Shown: positions 60,786-64,000 of the stretch, piece after piece
Layout: every line of letters begins with the position of its first letter
How positions within the stretch are numbered: the stretch's first letter is position 1
NCBI GenBank assembly: GCA_964291265.2
Contig: OZ219746.1
Coordinates: forward strand, 271,510-335,509
Direction of reading: 5' to 3'
Length of the DNA stretch: 64,000 bases
Source of the DNA: Alphaproteobacteria bacterium
GTDB taxonomy: Bacteria > Pseudomonadota > Alphaproteobacteria > SP197
Notes under the pieces: generated by a model
The model's database searches: none
Told to the model about the DNA's origin: nothing
The model's input: only the letters and a program-made list of their open reading frames with translations
Position numbers and translations under genes: made by a program

Positions 60786-61415
60786 TCATCGGCGAGGATA
60801 CACAATGACGGAAAGAAACCTGACCGGCAACCGAATCAGTGTCTCGGGCCCGTGCGGGGCATCGGCATCGAAGAAGAGGGAATCGCCGACCTCCATGCGG
60901 TAGCTGCTTCCGGCATGGCGGTAGACCATGGCGCCCTCGACGACATAGAGGAACTCCTGGCCGTCGTGCTGGAACAGGGGGAAAACCTCGGATTCGTGGG
61001 TCAGCGTGATCATGTAGGGTTCGACGGCGACTTCCTTGTGAACACCGTGTCCGAGCAGGGCGTACTGATGGCCGGCGCGCGTCCCGCGGCGTTCGATCTT
61101 GAGGCCCTCTCCCGCCCTGACATGACTGGCATCGCGCTGTTCCTCGAATCTCTGGAAGAGTGTGTTGAACGGAACGTTGAGGGCTCCGACCAGGCGCTGC
61201 AGGGTGCTCAGGGAAGGCGATGTATGGCCGTTCTCGATCTTCGAGAGCATGCCGGAGGATACTCCGGCCTGAGCCGCAAGTTCCGTCACGGTCATGTCGA
61301 GTCGACGCCGGTGGCGGCGGACCTGGTTGCCGATGGCAGCCTCGAGGTCACGGTCTCCCCGGGCCATGGCGTGGGGATCCTGGTCGAGGACCGCAGGAAG
61401 CTCATGGTCCGGCAT
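60786..61415 (-). CDS. XRE-family HTH transcriptional regulator with a C-terminal cupin domain
   Basis: HTH LDMTVTELAAQAGVSSGMLSKIENG, followed by a cupin-like beta-barrel region. Confidence 0.8.
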   Translation of the reverse strand: MPDHELPAVLDQDPHAMARGDRDLEAAIGNQVRRHRRRLDMTVTELAAQAGVSSGMLSKIENGHTSPSLSTLQRLVGALNVPFNTLFQRFEEQRDASHVRAGEGLKIERRGTRAGHQYALLGHGVHKEVAVEPYMITLTHESEVFPLFQHDGQEFLYVVEGAMVYRHAGSSYRMEVGDSLFFDADAPHGPETLIRLPVRFLSVIVYPRR

Positions 61416-61426
61416 GGAATCGGATC

Positions 61427-61648
61427 CTACATCGTGTCGTCATCGAGGTGCCCGGCTCCGAGGATCACCGCCACGGGCCCCCTGCCGTCATGATGGACCA
61501 GGAAGTGGACGGCCATGCCGGGAGCAACGGCGCCCAGTCTGGCGCGGGTTGTTCCGTCGACATCGAACACCATGTCGCCACCGCCGTCGACCGGGCGCAC
61601 GAAGCCGTAGGACCGTTCCGGCCTGAGCCAGACGATGTGACCATTCAT
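61427..61648 (-). CDS. cold-shock-domain-like small protein
   Basis: GHIVWLRPERSYGFVRPVDGGGDMVF resembles the CSD pattern G.VKWFN..KGFGFI..DGG.DVFVH, but is degenerate. Confidence 0.5.
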   Translation of the reverse strand: MNGHIVWLRPERSYGFVRPVDGGGDMVFDVDGTTRARLGAVAPGMAVHFLVHHDGRGPVAVILGAGHLDDDTM

Positions 61649-61870
61649 GACGGAGACACATGCCGGGGCGGCGTGCCGGGTGTCAAGAGGCAGGCTGTGC
61701 GGAAATCGCTTGCCCTTGGCGGCATTCTCGCTACACTCTCCTCACCTCGGGGACGTGATTCTCCGGAGTGACCGGGGTGTGGGCCAAGGGTGTCCGCGCG
61801 CATACTCGACCGAGAGTACTTGAACCAGGGAATGGAACGGCGTCGAGACGCCCAGGCGCGTCCCTGACGT

Positions 61871-62404
61871 GTGGCGATTGTGGAGGGCACGACACTGGAG
61901 GACAGGCTCGAAAGTCTGATCTCACCGACCGTGGTGAGCATCGGTTTCCGCCTTGTGCGGGTGAAGATGTTCAACCACCAGGGCAGGGTTCTGCAGGTCA
62001 TGATCGAGCGCGCCGACGGCGACAGCGCGACCATCGACGACTGCGCCATGGTGAGTCGCCTCGTGGGTGCCCATCTCGATGCCGAGGATCCGGTTTCGGG
62101 ATCCTATGACCTCGAGGTGAGCTCCACCGGCATTGACCGTCCTCTGGTACGCCGGGAAGATTTCAGCAGGTTTGCCGGGTTCGAGGCGACGGCGTTCATC
62201 GATCCGCCGCTCGACGGCAGAAGGAAGTTCGAGGGCCGACTCGCGGGCATGGCCGACGGCAACGTGCAGATGGAGCAGTCTCCCGGCTGTATCGTCAGTC
62301 TGCCGTTTGCCCATATCGTCGAAGCGAAACTTGTCCTCAACGACGAACTGATCAGGGGAACGGCGCAGCCGGCCGACGGACCGGTGCGGGTCGAGGCAGG
62401 ATAG
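61871..62404 (+). CDS. rimP: ribosome maturation factor RimP
   Basis: 177 aa from GTG. YDLEVSSTGIDRPL motif. It lies directly upstream of nusA. Confidence 0.9.
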   Translation: MAIVEGTTLEDRLESLISPTVVSIGFRLVRVKMFNHQGRVLQVMIERADGDSATIDDCAMVSRLVGAHLDAEDPVSGSYDLEVSSTGIDRPLVRREDFSRFAGFEATAFIDPPLDGRRKFEGRLAGMADGNVQMEQSPGCIVSLPFAHIVEAKLVLNDELIRGTAQPADGPVRVEAG

Positions 62405-62408
62405 GATC

Positions 62409-63986
62409 ATGGCGGCCGTAACGAACGTGGCGCACAGGGATCTGCTGCAGATCGCGGCGACCGTGGCGACAGAAAAGGGCATCGAGCACGAAACCGTGAT
62501 CGAGGCGCTCGAACAGGCGATCCAGAGCGCCGCGGTGAAGAAGTACGGTGAACTCGACATCAGGGTCGAGATCGACCGCACGTCCGGTGTGGTGACGCTG
62601 CTGCTCTATCGCGAGGTCATTGGGGATGATGTCGAACTGCAGCCGGGCCGGCACATCACTCTCGAGGAGGCGCGCCGGAAGAACCCCGTCGCCGAGGTCG
62701 GGGACTTCATCACCGAGGATCTGCCGCCGGTCGAATTCGGACGGATCTCGGCCCAGGGCGCCAAGCAGACCATCATGCAAAAGGTCCGCGAGGCCGAGCG
62801 CGATCGCCAGTACAACGAATTCAAGGACCGTGTCGGGGAGATCATCAACGGAATAGTCAAGCGCGACGAGCGTGGCAACCAGATCGTCGATCTCGGACGT
62901 GCCGAGGCGATGCTGCGGCGCGACGACTGCCTGCCGCGCGAACCCCTGCGCCGTGGTGATCGGGTGCGGGCCTACGTCTACGACGTGCGCCAGGAGTCCC
63001 GCGGACCGCAGGTCTTCATCTCGCGCGTGCACCCCGACTTCATGCGCAAGCTCTTCGAGATGGAGGTCCCGGAGATCTACGACGGCATCATCGAGGTTCG
63101 CGCCATCGCCCGCGACGCCGGGAGCCGGGCCAAGATCGCCGTGCGGACCAATGACGACTCCATTGATCCTGTCGGAGCCTGCGTCGGTATGCGGGGCAGC
63201 CGTGTTCAGGCCGTCGTCAACGAACTCGGCGGCGAGAAGATCGACATCATTCCCTGGTCGCCGGACACAGCCACCTTTGTCGTGAACGCCCTGCAGCCCG
63301 CGGAGGTGGCCAAGGTCGTCATGGACGAAGCGGAACGGCGCATGGAGGTCGTGGTGCCGGATGACCAGTTGTCTCTGGCGATTGGCCGGCGTGGCCAGAA
63401 TGTGCGACTCGCCTCGCAGCTCGTGGGCTGGGACATCGACATCATGACCGAAAGCGGTGAATCGGAGCGCCGCACCAACGAAATGCGCGTGCAGTCCGAG
63501 CACTTCATGGAAGCGCTCGATGTCGACGACGTGCTCGCCCGACTTCTCGTGACCGAGGGATTCTCGGAGGTCGAGGAGATCGCCTTCGAATCCGCCGAGG
63601 AACTGCTTTCCATCGAGGGTCTCGACGAGGGGATCGCCCAGGAACTGCAGAATCGGGCCATCGCATTTGTCCAGGAACGCGACCTTCAGTTCGATGCCAG
63701 GCGCCGTGAACTCGGTGTTGCGGACGATGTCGCCTCCATTGATGGACTGACGCCGGCCTTTCTTGTCGAACTGGGCGAGAAGGGAATCAGGACTCTCGAC
63801 GATCTGGCCGATCTGGCAGCCGACGAGCTGTTGCAGGACTACCTGCCCGGTACGTATCTGACACCGGACGATGCCAACGCCATCATCATGGCGGCTCGCG
63901 CCCACTGGTTCGAGGGTGAACAAGACGGCCACGCGACCGGGTCGTCCGCGCAAGATGACAACGCTGATGCCCGGTCCGAACACTAA
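62409..63986 (+). CDS. nusA: transcription termination/antitermination factor NusA
   Basis: N-terminal LLQIAATVATEKGIE, S1 and KH domains (SIDPVGACVGMRGSRVQ, LSLAIGRRGQNVRLASQL), and a C-terminal acidic repeat. Confidence 0.95.
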   Translation: MAAVTNVAHRDLLQIAATVATEKGIEHETVIEALEQAIQSAAVKKYGELDIRVEIDRTSGVVTLLLYREVIGDDVELQPGRHITLEEARRKNPVAEVGDFITEDLPPVEFGRISAQGAKQTIMQKVREAERDRQYNEFKDRVGEIINGIVKRDERGNQIVDLGRAEAMLRRDDCLPREPLRRGDRVRAYVYDVRQESRGPQVFISRVHPDFMRKLFEMEVPEIYDGIIEVRAIARDAGSRAKIAVRTNDDSIDPVGACVGMRGSRVQAVVNELGGEKIDIIPWSPDTATFVVNALQPAEVAKVVMDEAERRMEVVVPDDQLSLAIGRRGQNVRLASQLVGWDIDIMTESGESERRTNEMRVQSEHFMEALDVDDVLARLLVTEGFSEVEEIAFESAEELLSIEGLDEGIAQELQNRAIAFVQERDLQFDARRRELGVADDVASIDGLTPAFLVELGEKGIRTLDDLADLAADELLQDYLPGTYLTPDDANAIIMAARAHWFEGEQDGHATGSSAQDDNADARSEH

Positions 63987-64000
63987 TGTCCAGCGGCGCT

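Noticed and set aside
62352-63983. 543-aa ORF on the minus strand
   Set aside because: It is antisense to nusA, whose S1/KH motifs are unambiguous. It is a shadow frame.

Overview
High-GC (roughly 65-70% in hand-counted sample lines) chromosomal segment with alphaproteobacterial-type synteny: miaB-phoH-ybeY-corC-lnt, olsB-olsA, rimP-nusA and HDAC-xseB-ispA-tlyA. I call about 65 genes. Most are housekeeping or metabolic: trpS, trmB, metK, two PotA-type ABC gene sets, hyuB/hyuA, ald, and a tightly coupled cysD-cysNC-phosphatase-gmhB-gmhA-hldD operon. Four accessory patches interrupt this. (1) 7.46-8.5 kb holds a 124-bp MITE-like element in the metK leader and a frameshifted TnpB relic. (2) 12.4-15.5 kb holds an intact IS1634-family element, flanked by a 121-bp direct duplication, inserted into a decayed ISAs1-family transposase gene. 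(3) 25.3-26.7 kb holds a tyrosine-integrase relic and a vapBC pair. (4) 50.8-58.7 kb is the most interesting patch. Between tlyA and an M24 peptidase gene sits a PIN toxin with an atypical antitoxin-like partner. It is followed by a single lower-GC orphan ORF of about 2,083 aa with TPR-like helical arrays, a split PIN-like catalytic signature, and no P-loop seen by eye. I propose this as a candidate undescribed conflict/defence locus. All functional calls rest on reading motifs in the translated ORFs, since no database search was possible. Many long ORFs in the track are antisense shadow frames typical of high-GC DNA and were rejected.
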